64,000 bases of DNA. It comes from Octopus bimaculoides. Lineage: Eukaryota. Below, in pieces: positions 61,571 to 64,000 of the stretch. Positions within the stretch are counted from its first letter, which is position 1; the number at the start of each line of letters is the position of its first letter. Made by a program: the position numbers and the translations under genes. Where the stretch lies: positions 5,405,858-5,469,857 of the forward strand of contig NC_068982.1 in assembly GCF_001194135.2 (NCBI RefSeq), given 5' to 3'. Under the pieces are notes generated by a model. It did not search any database, was not told the DNA's origin, and saw only the letters and a list, made by a program, of their open reading frames with translations.

Positions 61571-61580
61571 ATAATAATAA
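61270..61580. mobile_element. About 240-bp non-coding element inserted between (AAT)n and (ACT)n/(AAT)n runs
   Basis: GC-richer unique body sharply bounded by trinucleotide microsatellites. Confidence 0.5.
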
Positions 61581-63349
61581 TAAACTTATTGTATACAGTG
61601 TTCAGGTGCACTAAAGGCGAATGAACAGAATAATGCACTGGAAGGGAACAGTAAATAACTCGCTAATAACATCGCCTTTTCTTCTTCAACTGAAAAGGAA
61701 ATTTAAATGAATTTTTTTTGTCTTATGTCATAAAGTAATAAATACACGCACTGATTCAATATCACTTTATTGTTTGTCAATCGGTTAAACTAACTTAAAT
61801 CTAACCAACTAACTTATCGATCATCTGTTTAATATGCTGGTTAAACAGTCAATCAGTTTAACCAACGCATTCAACAAACGATCAATTCGTTGGTTCGTTA
61901 TTTAACCGATTGACTAACAAAGAAGCGATATTGAACCAGTGCATATGTCATTCTTTTCTCTTCTAGGCACAAGGCCCGAAATATTTTGGGGAGGGGGGGC
62001 AGTTAATTAAATCGACTCCAGTACGCAACTGGGACTTAATTTATCGATCCCGAAAGTTGAAAGGCAAAGTCGACCTCGGTTGAATTTGAACTGAGAACGT
62101 AGCGACGGGCGAACTACCGCTAAGCACTTCGCCCGGCGTGCTAACCACTCTGCCAGCTCACCGCCCTTATATGTTATTATGGCATAATGATCCTCTCAAG
62201 ACGCACGAAAAAGATTTGTCTCAACACACGAATTCACATCAAGAATTTTGCAAACCAAAACACAAAAGCGAAGTTAAAAGTATTAAAGCAATTTAGCGCA
62301 AAATGCAATACAAGGGAGAGAATTCATGTCAGTTTGATAGAATATTTTTAACTCCTTTCACTTAGAGTTGACTGATAGGTTTTAATTGTCTATTAGTAGT
62401 GTTTCATTAGTTACACCTACAAAAGAATTGATGTCAAGGGACGACATGCCATTACAGTAAAAAGAAAAAACAACAAAAACACTACAAAAAGAAAAAGAAA
62501 AAAAAGCTCTAAATAAATCCCGCTATGCCATTGTTATTTCATGCAGGTCATTCGATCTTCGAGACATAGGAACCAAATCTCCCTCAAACCACACCGGAAC
62601 TTCTTTAACACGACACAGCATAATGTAGTCTTTGCTACTGTTCGCCTTTGAAAATTGTTTAGTTACAGATAAATCTGACCTGATCTGATTATAGGCCTAT
62701 CGGATTAGTGTTGGCCGCGATCTAATCTCTTATCTTTTACTTGTTTCAGTCATTGGACAGCGGCCATGCTGGGGCATCTCCTTAAAGGGTTTAGTCGAGC
62801 TTATATCGATCCCAGTACTGATTTTTTAAAGCTCTGTATTTATGCTATTGGTTTGTTTTGCCGAACCGCTAGGTTTCGGCACACATAAACAAACCAGCAC
62901 CGGTTGTAAATCGGTGGTGAGAGGGAACAAGCATAAAAACACACACGACGGGCTTTCAGTTTTCTTTTTCCAAATCTACTCACAAATCTTTGGTCGGCCC
63001 AGGGTTATAATAGAAGACACTTAACCAAGATGTAACGCAGTGCGACTGAACTTAAAAACGTATGGTTGGGATGCAAACTTCTTACCACACAGCTACGCCT
63101 GCATCATTTACTCTCACTTCATCGTCACGCGTCCATTTACTTTCATCGATAACCTTCCATATTCTCCGATTGTCAAATTGTATAATAACACAGCTTCTAT
63201 CATTTGGTTCTCCTCAAGGGGAGATATTTTTATCGGTTTTTAACCCAGGCATTTTACTCTGCTTTCTCAACCGTCTAAGAAAGTTGTTGAAAACCACCTA
63301 GGAAAACAAACTCCTTTCTCTGCTAAACCTTAACACGCTGCTGGCGAGA

Positions 63350-63780
63350 GTGGAAATCAAATAGGAAGGCTACCTTGTTCGAATGCCTGACACGCGAATC
63401 CTGAAGAAACTGTTTTCCAGCGAAGTGGTGAAAAGCAAGGTGGACAGAAAAAAACCCTCTTTAAGGATACACTCAAAGCCTCAATAAGAGCTTTTGAAAC
63501 CAACCCAGATACCTAGGAAACGCAAGCGCAGGACCGACCTGTTCAGCGAAGGTGCACCAACCGACATGCCACCTCCTACGAACAAAACAGAAAACGCCAA
63601 TTACGCAAGTTCAGAGCCGATTCCTTGTCTCCTGTCCCAACAGAGTAATAGTGTCCGACCGGCGACGGAAACTTCAGAGCACTTATCGGACCAATTGGTG
63701 ACAGCCGGACACACCTTGCTCCGTCTTCTTCCGTGTGATATTCTTGGTTATCATCGACGACAACAACTGACGAACCAATA
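63350..63780 (+). mobile_element. RTE-BovB-like LINE 3' end
   Basis: RMPDTRILKKLF, KDTLKAS, and C-terminal CPTGDGNFRALIGPIGDSRTH, a degenerate form of the CxxC..FR.RIGL.SH.RTH terminus; frameshifted. Confidence 0.75.
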
Positions 63781-64000
63781 TCACGGATTTTTTTTTTAAT
63801 AAATGGTGAGTTATCTCCCTTGCAACACCACAGCATATAAATGGCCATCTAGTGGAATGTTGTGGAAGAGGATTTCTTGTCACGTGGTTCTCCGTAGAAC
63901 AGCAGAAAATCAGATATTGATACCGAGACGTTTACTATGATATCCCTTAATCTACGGACTATTTCCAGGATGACAGTCACGTAGGTCATTACTATTTCAT

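Noticed and set aside
63494-63799. 101-aa ORF with an NLS-like RKRKRR
   Set aside because: Off-frame reading of a decayed RTE-BovB-like LINE end.

Overview
AT-rich, repeat-dense animal genomic DNA with ten N gaps. The repeat families and (TA)n/(CA)n load point to an octopus; this is an inference. The one well-supported gene is the 5' half of the lysosomal 2Cl-/H+ exchanger CLC-7 (CLCN7) on the minus strand. It has 12 confidently spliced coding exons from the ATG at 51690 to the exon at 2003-2141 and continues left of the window. There is also a candidate 21-nt microexon, a probable short 5'-UTR intron, and two CLEAR/M-box sites just upstream. The introns and upstream region hold tRNA-derived SINEs, RTE-clade LINE fragments, mariner/hAT/piggyBac-type MITEs, foldback elements and satellites. 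The most unusual signal is a set of small Penelope-style insertions carrying minimal hammerhead-ribozyme motifs of several unrelated sequence families. One family is a tRNA-Arg-like-headed SINE present at five loci; every locus has an inverted copy of the 3' tail, and one copy keeps a complete core with a GUC site on the CLCN7 sense strand. A second notable element is an intronic retroelement terminus with two CLEAR-type E-boxes, a TATA box and an initiator pointing antisense to CLCN7. Exon coordinates were read base by base; repeat boundaries are approximate. No database search or folding computation was run.
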